In this document: positions 1 through 13,725 of the stretch, one piece after another
How the letters are laid out: each line of letters opens with the position of its first letter
Numbering within the stretch: the stretch's first letter is position 1
Origin: the human T2T-CHM13v2.0 reference genome, Homo sapiens
Reading direction: 5' to 3' (one strand)
Assembly: GCF_009914755.1 (NCBI RefSeq)
Contig: NC_060928.1
Length of the DNA stretch: 64,000 nucleotides
Notes under the pieces: generated by a model
Told to the model about the DNA's origin: nothing
Seen by the model: the letters and a program-made list of their open reading frames with translations, nothing else
The model's database searches: none
Translations under genes and position numbers: made by a program

Positions 1-869
1 ATGGAAAATCTACACATGGACGACAAAGAAAAAAAATGAAGTATGCATTCAGTTGTTGTATTGTAAATTATGAAAAATATCTGGCTCATTTTCTGAAGGC
101 AATCCTATTACATGATGCTAGAGAAAAAGGGAGGATGGTCCAGTATCAACCCTCAGATAATGTGTTGTGGTCATTCAAGTCTTAGGCGACAATTGCTCAC
201 TGATAAGCCAGTTCAAGCATTTTCTTAGCCAAGATACTTCATAAACCTTGCCAAGAGAAAAGGGCATGTGGCAGTAAGTTGTAAAGTGATAAAAAGCAGA
301 CATGGGTGGAAAATATTTTATCAAGAAAGATAAAATAAAGAAATTATATGGATATGATAACAGCACAACAAAGAATATTTTATAGAAAAAATCTTGTAAT
401 GTTGCCAACTACTAAGGCAAAATGAATGAAGAGCAAATGGGTTGTATTTCAAACACATACCATTACACTGAGCAACAGTAACATTTTACTACCCGAGTCA
501 CATTTTTTGACTGATGCAATAAAATTTGCAATATTCAAAGAAAAACATAGGATTTATATCTTTTTTAACTTCAATTTTAAAAATGGATTTTATGGTTAAC
601 AATGCAATAAAAAAGGTTTTGAAATGTTTTGAATCGTGTTATAGTTCTGAGGAAGCACCACACTATTAACAACCAAAGCAGAAATATGGAGTTTCCTATG
701 GTTGTTAGACTATTAGATAATCCTAGCACGCTTTTAATGGAGAGATTTTATACTATAATACTTCAATAATTATTATATTTAAATGGTTCATAGTAATTAG
801 AATAGTCTAGCAAGGCTTCATGGATCATAAATTGGGAATGTTTTCTATGATTCAGAGACTTTCTTCTAA

Positions 870-1304
<435 letters not shown>

Positions 1305-1937
1305 CTCATCTTCTTATCTTTTGTTTGCTTGAGACTATTGTGGTTAGAGAACTCAGCAAAAGAGAACTTAGATTCTGGGTAGTAAGTAGAACATTTTTCT
1401 TTTTTTTAAGAAGTCAAAACTGAAAGCTAGTATAGCAATCCTATTACCACATCTAAATCCTCTAAACTCAATGGATCACTCTATTTGAACAGTTTTTTAA
1501 AAATTAAATATAATCATCTGTTAAGCAGAGGTAAATTTCTTCCCTTCCTGCCACTCTTGTGTGTGCTGAGAGATAGAGCAATAAAAACATTAATTTTTTT
1601 AAAAGCGGAATTTTACAATATCTTTGGAAAGGCTTTCTGACTCCACAGTTTTGCCTTTGCTTTGGGAATAAATTTTGCTTTCAGCATTATTCTAACCAGA
1701 AATTATTCTGCTAAGCAGAATTCTGTAACAGAGTAAGCCCTGGAAGTTGCTTGCTGCACTCATAATTTCAGAGTTTTCCAAGAGTTCTTCAGGCACAGCC
1801 CAGCACATCAACTCAACATGTTTCTAGATGTATATTTATTTTGGTGCATGGTGGTTCTAAAACAAAAGCCAAAATACACTGTTAACTGGTCCACAATAAT
1901 GTACTTTCTAAGGAAGTTTTATTTGCACTTGAATATC

Positions 1938-2222
1938 TTTTTTTTTTTTTTTTTTTTTTTCTGTCACCAGGCTGGAGTGCAGTAGCACGATCTTGGCTCA
2001 CTACAACCTCTGCCTCCTGGATTCAAGCAATTCCCCTGCCTCTGCCTCCTGAGTAGCTGGGACTACAGGTGCGCACCACCATGCCGGGCTAATTTTTTGT
2101 ATTTTAGTAGAGATGGGTTTCACCATGTTGGCCGGGATGGTCTCAATATCCTGACCTGGTGATCCACAGGCCTCGGCCTCCCAAAGTGCTGGGATTACAG
2201 ATGTGAGCCACTGCACCCAGCC
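1938..2222 (-). mobile_element. AluS (AluSc-like)
   Basis: Poly-T plus Alu body with the ctgtcaccaggctgg variant. Near-identical TSD gcacttgaatatcttt (1925-1940) / acacctgaatatcttt (2223-2238). Confidence 0.9.
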
Positions 2223-3556
2223 ACACCTGAATATCTTTAAAAAATTTGTTTTTTGAATTAACTAAGAGGAATAATATGAATTTGTATTTCATGTGGCATT
2301 AAGAGAGATGTGTCTGTGGTGAACAAAAGATTAATGTTAATTTATAAGATTGATGGAAATCTTATGAAGGCTACTACCTTTTTATCTGATTTAGGGAGAA
2401 TCTAGTATTCTCTTCTGACGTGGAGTGAAATGCTCTAAGCTATGCAGGCGGTTTAATCTCATACAATGTGTAAGATGCAAGTTTGAAAATTCCTGGAAAT
2501 TCCTGAAGTTCAGTGCGTAGTATACGTGGTGTCAAAAACATTTTGTATTTTTAAATTTATTTTCCAGACCCTTTCAGTCTCTATATTACAGTCTGTTTCT
2601 CTCAGTGCCATTAGCTGTCCTGCTTCTCTGAGGCATCCACAAATCCATTGTCACTGCAGCACCAGCCACCACTCTCTTTAGGAATTTGAAGATTCCTAAG
2701 AGAGGCTGCTCTAGCTGTGTGACCTCAGGAGATTTCTTTGCTTCTCTGGACCTTGGTTTCCTCATCGGTGTGGCAAGTGAGCAAAATTGGAAATATTTCC
2801 AAAAAAGTGGCTTTCTAAAAGGCATAGCTGCCTTTTAAACAGGAAGATAAATATAAGAGCACTTTGACTACCCAACTAGTGGTGCCTATGCCAGAGATTA
2901 GTCTCTTTAAGAATGAAATCTTGATAATGGTATAGCTGTGTTTAGATCAAGGAAATAAATGTCAGAATGGTCCTTTTGAAGTTTTTGCTCTCTTTTTCTC
3001 AGCTTTAGAATCAAGAAATATTTGAAGTATGCTATCAGTGGAATCGTATTTGAAGCTGAGATGAAAGACTTGATCTGCCTTTTATTAGTAGTGATTTTTT
3101 GGTGGTCTTTTCCTCAGTGGTACCTGGTTACTAGGGGTTTTTATTTTTTATTTCTTTTTCTGAAATGGTCTTCAGACAGTACCCTCTTTGCCACCTAATT
3201 TTTACCACTCCCTAATGACTTGTTCAGAGTCCTTTTCCCATATGAAGCCCCTTCAGCAACAAAAATGACTGATTATCTTCTTTGTGTGAATCCAACTCTT
3301 CATTTTTTTCTGCCAATCATTTGGCAATTAATCATCTTCTCTCTTATGGTTGTCATTGTAGTTGAATTTTATCTTTTTCTATACTTTTGTCCCCTAACAA
3401 AAATAAAGGTTCTTTGTAAGAGCATGAGAAGGTGATTATGACTTCACCTTTCGGAGTCAAAATTTCAAAGAGCAAATGAATCATGTATCTTTTTGTTGTA
3501 GGACCTTGGGAAAGTAATTCCACCCACCCCTGCAAGCCTAACTTTCTCATCTCTAA

Positions 3557-3886
<330 letters not shown>

Positions 3887-4572
3887 CCAGTAGAACCCTC
3901 TTCTGTCATTTTGAGGATTCAGGCCATAAATCATGTAAGGTCCCTAACAAAACGCTTAGTACATAGAAAACCCTCAATAATTACTGGTATTCTTTGAAGG
4001 CGCGGATGGATCTTGGCAGTTCTTTTTATATCTGTACCACCTCCCATAGTGCCTTGTGACCAGCAGGTGCTCAGTTTATATTTGTTGCCTAATTATTTTC
4101 TTGATGTCTTTTTAGATGTTTGTTCTATATGCAACTCAGCTTCTTAAGGCTCAGGGATCAGGATAGTGCAGAGAAAAAGGCTTGAATTACATTAGAAGTA
4201 GGAATGAAAGTGGGCTGAGCCTCCACTGGAGGAATCTGTGGAGTACTTGCTCCTCACATTTCTGTTTCCAATCGGAAGAGACAAGGGGAGATATACCGTT
4301 TCCTCTGAATAGACAATCTTTCTGTCCCAGGATCTCTGTCTTCTATGATTCTCCATGTAAATATGGGGTCCTAATTGTTTTCTACTTGTTGAGGTTTGTG
4401 GCCACCTTTAGAAAATATTCTTTGTTTCAGGCATGATATTGGCTTGGCCACTCCCAAATCTGGCGCGTTGACCAGGTCACACCCCTGCAGCAGATACTTC
4501 TCACTAAAGCAGACTGGCTGTCATCACTTCAGGGTGAGTCCCTTTCCTCACTTGGGACATTGTCTTGGAGGT

Positions 4573-4962
4573 TGCATCAGTCACGATTGGCTAGGTTGTG
4601 TTGAAGTAACAAACAACCTCAAAATGTCAGAAGCTTACAATAAAAAGAATGCATCTCTTGGCTTGTGTTATATGCCCATCAGCAGTCACCTAAGGGCTCT
4701 CTTTTTCAGCCTCATTTTTTCTCCTTCTAAAACACCAGCCGAGAACATTGCCCAGAACTATGGAAGAGGGAAAAAATAACTTGGTGCAACACATGTAGGC
4801 TTTTAAAGCTCCTGCCCAGAAGTGATGCTATATTACTTCTCACACTTCATTCGTCTAAGGAAGTCAGATGAACAAACATGACTTCAGCATAATGAGGAGG
4901 TAGAATCCTCCAGCAGGGAGAGAAACCAGGTATTGGCAAAGAGTGATGCATTCTGCAACAGA
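4573..4962 (-). mobile_element. Old MaLR solo LTR (MLT1-type)
   Basis: Starts tgcatcagtc...ctaggttgtgttgaagtaacaaacaacctcaaaatgtcag, resembling the antisense MLT1J/K end. Highly diverged. Confidence 0.6.
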
Positions 4963-5183
4963 GGCTAAAGGATGACTTTTTTTTTTTTTTAACTTTCCCC
5001 CATTATTTGGTCAAGAATCCCAGTTGAGGTAACTAGTCATCAGCTCCAATCGACATTCTTTTTGGGAGGCCTATAAAGACCTTTTCATGTAGTTGCTCAT
5101 TTTGCCTTCCGACTTGAGCTGTGCTTGCTCTGGTGGTCATCGTACAGGATAGACTCTTTGTGGGACTCTTGCCACAAATGCAC

Positions 5184-5380
5184 TTTTTTTTTTTTTTTAA
5201 AGCACAGAAAGTACTATTTATTTCACATTCATAAAATGGCTCAGCTTAAAGCTGGTGACTGTCACAGATAACATCACTCTGGGTGATACATTATTCAAAA
5301 CTGGCAGCTGAAAGAATCCCTTTATGATATGAGCAAGTGAAAAAAGCAGTAACGTTCAATTTTCAGTGCTTCCAGATCAC
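5184..5380 (-). pseudogene. Probable short processed retrocopy of an mRNA 3' UTR
   Basis: A15 tract (T at 5184-5198) with AATAAA (5217-5222) 18 nt upstream on the minus strand. The body is not Alu, L1 or MIR-like. No clear TSD; parent gene not recognised. Confidence 0.5.
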
Positions 5381-5419
5381 ATGGGTTATATACAACCTTG
5401 TTATTTCCCTCTTAATTAA

Positions 5420-5680
5420 TAACAATAATTGCAATGTTAATGAAAAACACTTGTTCTATGCTAGGCACTCTCCTAAGTGCTGTATATAAACTAACACAGT
5501 TAATGTTCACAACAATCCTATGAAGTAGGTAGTTTTATTATCACAATTTTACAGTTGGGGAAATTGAGTCACAGAGGTTAAGCAAGTTGCACATGATTAT
5601 TCAGCTAGAAGGAAATATGACTGACATTTGAACTCCATGAAATCTGGGTCCAAAGTGTGTGTGCTTAGCCATTTGCTAAA
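5420..5680 (-). mobile_element. MIR
   Basis: Core motifs cacaacaatcctatgaagtaggt and ttttacagttggggaaattgagtcacagaggttaagcaagttgc. Confidence 0.85.
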
Positions 5681-8166
5681 TTCCCTTGTAAACAGGATGG
5701 TACAAGTAAAATGCTTAACACAGCGCCTGGGTTAAGTTCCCGGTACATGATCACTGCTGCTAGTGATGCCAAGGTTGGCTCGCTTAACCTTTCTTTCTTT
5801 GAAGAAGTAGCATGTACTTTTAATATAATGACTCTTCATTCTACACAGAATGACTATAAGATGTGTGTGAACCAGGCAATGCTACTGTCATTTAATAGGA
5901 GACAGCTAAAAAAACACAGTGATTCCGCACTTAGGCTTGCGCATTTTCTTTTCTGCTGTTGATCCACTGACATTGGCCATATCCAAAATGCAGTGGGGAC
6001 TTTACCCAGAAAGGATATAGTTCAAGATGAGTAGGCTTATCTCACTCTGTTACTTCTCTGTCTATTCAGGAATACAAAGCTAATTTGTAGGTGATATTAT
6101 ATTTTCATCTCATGTTTTATATGCAACCTCTATCCATGTTAATGGGAATTTTTTTGTGCTTACTCTAGGGAAAATTGATTCCAATTATTGAGTATAATTT
6201 ATTCTAACCCCTTGATGGAATAATTTATACTCTTGAGATACTCTTGAAATGTGTAACCAATGGGGAACTCTATTTATACATAAGTTTTTACACATCTTTC
6301 AATTAGATAAGAAATCCAAGTGCAAAACCCATCACTCAAGGAAAGCATATGAGTTTGTAACACTCCCGAGAGGTTTTTTGGTCCATAAACCAATAAATGG
6401 ATTACACTTACAGGGTAAAATTCTTCTCTCAGGTCTCATGTGAAGCTCCTATTGACTTACCTGTGAGGCAGCTCACAGGGGATGTGAGATATTTTAGGCT
6501 GCAAGGAAAGAAGTGGTCATTTTTTCATATAATCAATTTCAGGGCTCCGATATTGATTGTTATAAAGAATATTTTGTTAGGAGACCAGCTATTACATGTT
6601 TAAATACAGATTTATTTGGTTATAAATTCTACAGACAATAGGAATTTTAGCAAGGAAAAGTGAGTGTACCTTTCTAATATAAAGGACACAAATTTATGTG
6701 TTTTTGTAAGTAGAAATGAAATCATTGGTATGCGGTTTATGGTGTAGCAGTAATTGCAGCATACATTTAATGTGAGGCAATAGATAGTATATGTATTTTT
6801 TCACCTCAGAGTTTCTGGAATTTCATGAAAAAATAAAGTGAAAGTTTCTTGCACTAAACGTTGCAGTTTATATTTTACCTAAATTGTATTATTACAATAA
6901 AAATCACCAATGGAAAAAATGTGATTAATATAGATTCCAGTTAACATAATTTTTGAGAGCAGCTATAAAGTGGTTTATAAACTCTGTATTATATTTTGTA
7001 TTAAAATTCAGTTATAATTTTAGAGAGTCACTGTTTTATAGAGAGATTTAGGAATCATAGAGATCTCTGCTTCTCAGAATTACCATTGTGTTTTTTGAAT
7101 GAGTTTCACAATTTCAAAGCAATTTACAAATGTGTGGAATTGTTGCCGAATGACAATTTACATTTGATTGTCACCCAACTATTTCTTACAAGTGTTGGAG
7201 ACCTAACACCACCAGAGAGATGCCAATCCCCAACTCATAGTCTGAGTTTAAACTATGGTTTCTAATTCAAGATTTTGTCGAGACAAATAAGAACATTTAT
7301 GGCATTAAAAGAATATTTCAAATTTTGTAAAACTTTACATTTTTGAGTATATTTGCAGGGTCTTTTGGGGACTTGAAAAGCTCATCTTCTGGGTGGTAAC
7401 TATTTAGGTAAGCATAAATGGCACTTTAAAAATTATACCTGAGGGTATTTAATGTATTAGTACTATGTATATCCTATGTACTATATGACAATTTAAAAAT
7501 ACTTGTCCCTTGGATGTGAAAGATTTAATATATAAAGCCAAATATGATCTTCCAGCCTGTTTTTTCTGCCACCCACTGAAGTTGGCAGGCGCTGTGTGGC
7601 TGTTGTTAATAGATAAGTTCAGAGAATTCGGTTGGACTTCACAGTTTCATTGGCTGACTTTATCCTTCTTGAGCCTGTCTTTATTCTTGCAAAACTCAGT
7701 GAATTATCTTTGTCATCTGCTTCTTTAATATAAAAATGATTTTATTGTCACTAAGGATGTTTTGAGACTGATGGCATGATGAACATTGGCCATCTATAGA
7801 GAGGTGAGCACTCACACGAACATCCCTGGACACACACCACGGTGGCATAAGGTCTTGTTGTCTCATTCTTTCCAGGCCCTAGACATTTGCTCCACTCCAC
7901 TCATGCTAATAAAGCTGAGGAGCTCTGGACTTTCTTTTCTGTCCACATCCCCCTCTGCTGCCTTATCTCTTGTGACTCCCATTTGGACTTCTATGAGATG
8001 TCCAGCTGATGGTTCTGTGGCTCTTCAGAAGCAGAACACAGGAGTCAGTCACTATTTACTACCCTAGGCTTGCTTTCTCCAATGTCATTTGGTTCCCTTT
8101 TCTTAGTATCAGAGAAGTACTGGAGCACATTGAGAGCAAAACTGCTTGGAAAGGAGAGAAAGCAAT

Positions 8167-8216
8167 GTGTATATATATACACACACAACACACACACACA
8201 AACACATACAGACATA
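8167..8216. repeat. (TA)n/(CA)n microsatellite
   Basis: gtgtatatatatacacacacaacacacacacaaacacatacagacatac. Confidence 0.8.
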
Positions 8217-8959
8217 CCTTTGGTTAATTTAACCTGGTTGAATGCCACTAAACTTCTTGTAATGTTAAATTTAAAATGTCAAACTTTTCTTCTTCTTCCT
8301 TGAAAAAACAAACCAGGAAAAGATATTCTTGTAATAATATGTTTTGGATGTTAACTGGTATCCTTTTAAATTATGAGAAGCTAAGTGCTATGAATTTCAT
8401 TGTGTTGTAAAGAATATCAAGTTTAGGCTTGTGTTAAAAAATTGAGTTTTAAAATGATCTTAATATATGGAGAAACCAGATAATTTTAGTTTTATAGTTT
8501 TAGGCTCAAGGAAATATGTATTTTTAAAGAAAAACCTCGTCTTCCATTTAAATTTATGTCATAAGTACTAGCCAAGTGCTACAACACAGCTAACTGTGTC
8601 ACAGTAACCCTTCATAAGCCAGATTCATTCAGTTTCTTGTTTAATCACACAGGGACTTAATGGTGAAATCAGGGCTGGGATCCTGATTTTGTGATCCTCA
8701 GTCCTGCATTCCTTCTATCCCAGCTTGAGACAAATTCAAGTGTGGCTAAAAGCCTAGAAATCATCCCCAGGGGCCTGGCACCAAATATTTTATTTTTTAG
8801 TAAAATTATTTAACCAGTGTAAACCATAACTATATATAAGAAGGGTTCCAGATAGCTAGCTGAGTCACTACAGTACAAAGAAATGACAGGCCAAGAAGAC
8901 TAAGGTGTTGAATAAACATGTATTGAAGGAGGCAGGAGTGCCCAGCCGTTCTGGCCACT

Positions 8960-9170
8960 TGTTTTACAGTCACACAGGCTTTGTTTCAGGTCCTAGTTTG
9001 CTACTTACAAATTTTGGGACTTGGGCAGGTTATGTAATTTCTCCTAAATTTCAGTTTTTTTCATTTATAAAATAGTAATGACAGTATCTATCTCACTGAT
9101 TAGTAGGGAAGATTGTATGAGACAATGCTTAGAACTGTGCCTGGCTGTAGTCAACACAATATATGTTGTT
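8960..9170 (+). mobile_element. MIR
   Basis: gacttgggcaggttatgtaatttctc...tcatttataaaatagtaatgacagtatct...gcttagaactgtgcctggc. Confidence 0.75.
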
Positions 9171-9349
9171 GATATTATTTTAAATTATTATTCTTGTTAT
9201 TGTTGTATCAATTTGCAATTATGCAGAAACAGGAAATAAATGACACACATAGCTGTATACTAGAAAGCCTTCCTATTAGATATATGTCAGAATTCACGTG
9301 CTAAAACTTACACAGTAATAGTTAAGAATATTCATTTTATTTTAATTGA

Positions 9350-9570
9350 AACTAACATTTAGATAGCATTTACTATGTGCTAGGCATTATTTTTAACCAC
9401 TTTAAAAATATTATCTTCACAAGCCTAGGAAGTAGGTGCCATTATTTTCTTCATTTCAAGATGAGTAAATTGAGGAAGAGAGATGCTGGTAGGTGAGGTC
9501 ACTTAGCTGGGAGGCGAAGGAGCCAGAATTCAAAACCAGACAATGTGGTTCGAGTGTCTGTGCGCCTAAC
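9350..9570 (-). mobile_element. MIR
   Basis: gcatttactatgtgctaggca...agatgagtaaattgagg...aggtcacttagct...gagccagaattcaaaaccag. Confidence 0.75.
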
Positions 9571-10899
9571 CACCACCCTCCCTGCCCCTGTGGAAGGCTT
9601 GACTCGCAGTGTGGCATGGCTATGCTTATTTGTGGGCACATGACATTCCAAAACAAGAGGAACTTGGATTTAAAAGCCAACATAGAAATAGAACCCTAAT
9701 TACATAAATATCTTTGAAGCACTAGCGTAAACAATCTGCTATTTCAAAAGAAAAATAGAACAGTTGAAAAATTGTGTCTATTGAGAGAGTATAAAATAAA
9801 TCATTAGACAAAGGAGATTAGAAGTAGTATGTATATGAACATGGTGTATATTATCTGTGTATAAATATTTACAAACTTTTCCTATTTCTTGGCTCCACTC
9901 TTGTGTATATGTGTATTTGCAACATCACATGAAAATGTAAGAGGATTTAACATCAGGCAAAAATAGCTTTTGAATGTTTTTACCTTTGGTCTCTTGTATG
10001 ATTTTAACAAATGCCTAATTTCCATATGCAATTGTTATAGCAATGTGACAATGCAGAACTTTTTCTAAGCTAAAATAAGGGCAAGTATGATGAATACAGA
10101 AATGTGTATTTTTGCAGGGATCCTCACATCTAATTAATATGCCACATCTCAGTTGTGTTCTATTTTAATTGTTGCCCATCATGGCTTGGAAATAAAATGT
10201 TATTGAGAATGATAATAATGTTCACATTAGTGAAATAATGTGGTTAGACATCCTTTTATATCTTTAAAATTCTTATTTGATATTCCCAGAGTAGAGATCT
10301 TTCTCTATCTGAATTAGTAGTTTGTTACTTTATATTATAGTTTGGACTATGTATACATAGCTTAGTTTAAAAAATGAAATCTTTATTATTTAATGAAGTA
10401 CTGAAAGTTTTCACTGAAGTTTTCCTTGCTAAATATAGCTAGCAATATAGCACTCAGACATATAAGATGGGTAATTGTGCAAATAAATTGTTCCCTTTTT
10501 TATTTGTTTGCTGCTAGTAATGAGTAACTGACAGTTCTAGCTAAGAGCTCAACTTTATTGCAGGTCATCCAGTAGCTGTTTACAAAAGTCAATAGTTAGG
10601 TTGTAAGAAATAGAAAAAAATGTCAATCTCTGTCAAATGAAGACAGATAGTAATCGTTGTTCACATTTCAAAGTATTTATCACTGCTTACTATCATTTTT
10701 CTCTCCGAGCAAATGAATCATTTTAAATAGAAGCAAACTGATCCTCCTATTAGCAAGTCTAAATCAGTAGAACAACATCTATTTTCAGAATCTTTGTAGC
10801 TATAAAGGGACCTTTACAGTTTGCAACACTTTGACCCGTCCCAAAATGACAGCATTCTGTTACAAATAGATATTAGGGACTTGGTGCCAGCGTCTCTAT

Positions 10900-11560
10900 T
10901 GTGGAACCTTTGGGTTGGGAAAGCCGACAGCTGGGAGGAGTTCAGTGTTTTGAAGGTTATGATCACAGCAATTTCATAAGTGCTTTATTTCAGTTCTCTT
11001 CTGGCTGCAGAAGGGACAGGTGCGGTCTGGTTCTGATTTCACTGGTCTTAATTTCTTATCTGACCTGGTAGTCAATCAAGGGCATGAGAGAGGGGGAATG
11101 AGGGAGAGGTGGATGCGTGGGAGAGAAGAGCTGGGGACTCTAAGCTGCAGGGGGAGGGGTGCATGCATCTGCGAGGCACTGTGTGTGTCTGTGTGTGTCT
11201 GTGTGTGTGTGTGCGTGTGTGTGTGTAGTGCTAAGCATCTGACTTTTCTCATCGAGGAACTGGCAGCTCTGCCTGTCATTCCGCACTTCTGTGTATACGA
11301 ATGCTGCCCTGTGCAAAATGGATTTCTGAGTGTTAACCATCATGTTCTTCTTTTCCAAAGGGTCTTCTGTAGGATTTCATTTGCAGAGCACAGAGGGCAA
11401 TATCTAGGGTAATTCCAGGGCTTAGTGGCTGTGATCTTTTGTCAACTCTCCTTGTGAGAGAAATTAAACTTGGTATGGGCACCCACCATTGCAGCAAGTG
11501 CAACGCCATTCCTGGCCAATGGGCGGGAAATCATAAACCTGACGAGTATTTATGAGAGGG
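10900..11560. promoter_or_regulatory. Candidate promoter or enhancer (GC-enriched unique block)
   Basis: Higher GC and retained CpGs relative to the flanks. G-rich tract at 11080-11160. Adjacent CCAAT and GGCGGGAAA motifs at 11516-11530. Motif evidence only. Confidence 0.35.
11180..11226. repeat. (TG)n microsatellite
   Basis: Interrupted TG run tgtgtgtgtctgtgtgtgtctgtgtgtgtgtgtgcgtgtgtgtgtgt. Confidence 0.9.
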
Positions 11561-13286
11561 AAAAATGAGATGTCATAATATGACAAGAATATATTCATTA
11601 AATCTTTCAATTTCTCAGAAACAGAGAATTCCCACTTCAGTAAAAGGCTTTGAGCAGATTTATCAAGTCTGACATTCTTACTTTTATGAGATTTGAGTCT
11701 CTATGCTAAAATGAGATATATTTAAAAGGAGGACAGCCTTTCCAAAGGAGGAAAACTCCTAAAAAGGTGGAGATAATATAACACTAGCCATTGTTCCTTT
11801 GATGGAATACTAGATAATGCCTACAATATGCACCGAAAAAATCAGAGCACAAACATGAGTACCAAAATAAATTATGCCTTTCAAAGTATAGAAGGATATA
11901 CTAACTTATTTCATGGTTTCTTTAATAGTAGCCTCTTATAATTGTCAAGCACTTTCATTTTATTTCAATACAATCAAACAATAACAGCATGCATTTAAGG
12001 TATTTGCCAGAAATATAGCTTTCATAATTGCAGTGTGTCTATAGACTGATTTTACTAGGATGACTGAAGCGGTGTATGCTGGGAAATAAGCACATGGGGC
12101 TACACCCATCAATATCACCCCATATATATTTTTTTATCTGTGAGACCTGCACAGGTATATTATGACAGGTACCACTCTGCTCATGATAGGTTTTCGTGAA
12201 ATATTTTTAGGTTATTTGTGCTGATCTCAGAATTGCCTAAATCTACTTGTCTCATTTTTAGTGGACTGGAAAACTGGACTTTTCTCAGTTTGAATATTTT
12301 AGAATCAAACCTAGATTTGGACATCTGCCAGTGTGGAAAGCACATTGGAGCTGCTTTCGAAGCCGTCTTGTTACACCCCTGACCTTGGAGACACAGACTC
12401 TTGAGTCTCAGGTTATAACCATGACTGTGATCTGATTGGTATTCATGTTGAGATGCTGTGTGTTCTCTAAGAAGGCTGTGCATATCTTTAGGAAAGTGTA
12501 AGTGGTTGGTATGCCTGAGGGAGGGAGACAAATTTGTGGCTTTTAATCTAGATTCGGATCAAAGGGGGGAACTTCAGTGGGCAAAATTTAGCATTAATTC
12601 CATATTCTGGATCACTCATAATATCCTCCTAATGTTTGGTGATTAGGGTTATTACAGTATGCCGAGCCCTAAGAGTACATCTTAGAATGGAAATACCTAT
12701 AATTAATATTGTGTATAATATTTAAAAGATGTTAACTATACTACACAAAATCTTGTTAATGTAACTTAAGTAGGGCTCTTTCTTTATAGCCTCAAAAGAG
12801 AAAATGTTACCCCTAAGAATGAGGACACAGAGATAGGGGCTATTTGCAGCCAGAATCCTCTAATGTAAATAAAACATAAACTTTTTATTATCTATAAAGT
12901 CAGGGGCTATTTGCAGCCAGAATACGCTAACGTAAACCAAAAAAGTGGTTACCTCAGATCACAATGAAAATGTCTATGATAAGAGGACAGAGTACAACAA
13001 TAAAACACGCTTTCTTTAAAAAATTAATTTAGAAAAGTTTGTTTCATGTGCACACTTTTTTTTTAAAAAAAGTATAAGCTTCTGGTGAGCAATGGATAGA
13101 GTTTCTCTTTCTTTGGGAGTCAGCCCAGTGCATGGTAGACCCTCTGTACACGCGGCAGGGAACGTGTCTTCCTCTTCTTGGCATCCTTCTTACATGTGAC
13201 AGCCATTAATACACATAGGAAGGGTTAAAGACATATTTCCTGCAGGGAGAGTTGTTTGACATGAAAGGGAAACCTTTATTTTAATA

Positions 13287-13366
13287 TTAGGTTTATGCAA
13301 AATTAATTGTGGTTTTTGCTATTAAAAGTCATGGCAAAAACCGCAATTACTTTTGCACCAACCTAA
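13287..13366. mobile_element. MADE1 (Hsmar1-derived MITE)
   Basis: 80-bp palindromic element ttaggtttatgcaaaattaattgtggtttttgc...gcaaaaaccgcaattacttttgcaccaacctaa with a TA duplication on both sides. Confidence 0.95.
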
Positions 13367-13559
13367 TAGTTGCCTATTCACCGTGAAATACTGCCAAATC
13401 TTTTTTTCACATTTCAATTTTACTTCATTTTTTAGTATTAATATTATTAAGGATTGCTTATAGGTCTCTATTCTAGACTAAAATCTTTCCTTTTATATAA
13501 AGGGCCAAGATCACATATTCAGTTTTATATTCCATCCCTAATTTTTTTTTGCACTGGCT

Positions 13560-13725
13560 TCTTTCATTTGCCACCTGTGTGACCTTAGACGAATTACTTA
13601 GCGTCTCTGTGCCTCAGGTTCTTTATCAGTAAAATAGAAATGATAATAATACACAGCAGGGTTCTGATGAGAATCATAGTTAATTTGGTGCTTATATATA
13701 GTGAGCACTCAATAAATATCAATTA
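13560..13725 (+). mobile_element. MIR
   Basis: tgtgtgaccttagacgaattacttagcgtctctgtgcctcaggttctttatcagtaaaatag...gagcactcaataaat. Confidence 0.8.

Noticed and set aside
11020-11412. 130-aa ORF over the promoter-like island
   Set aside because: Kept open largely by the (TG)n and G-rich tracts; non-ATG start; no homology recognised.
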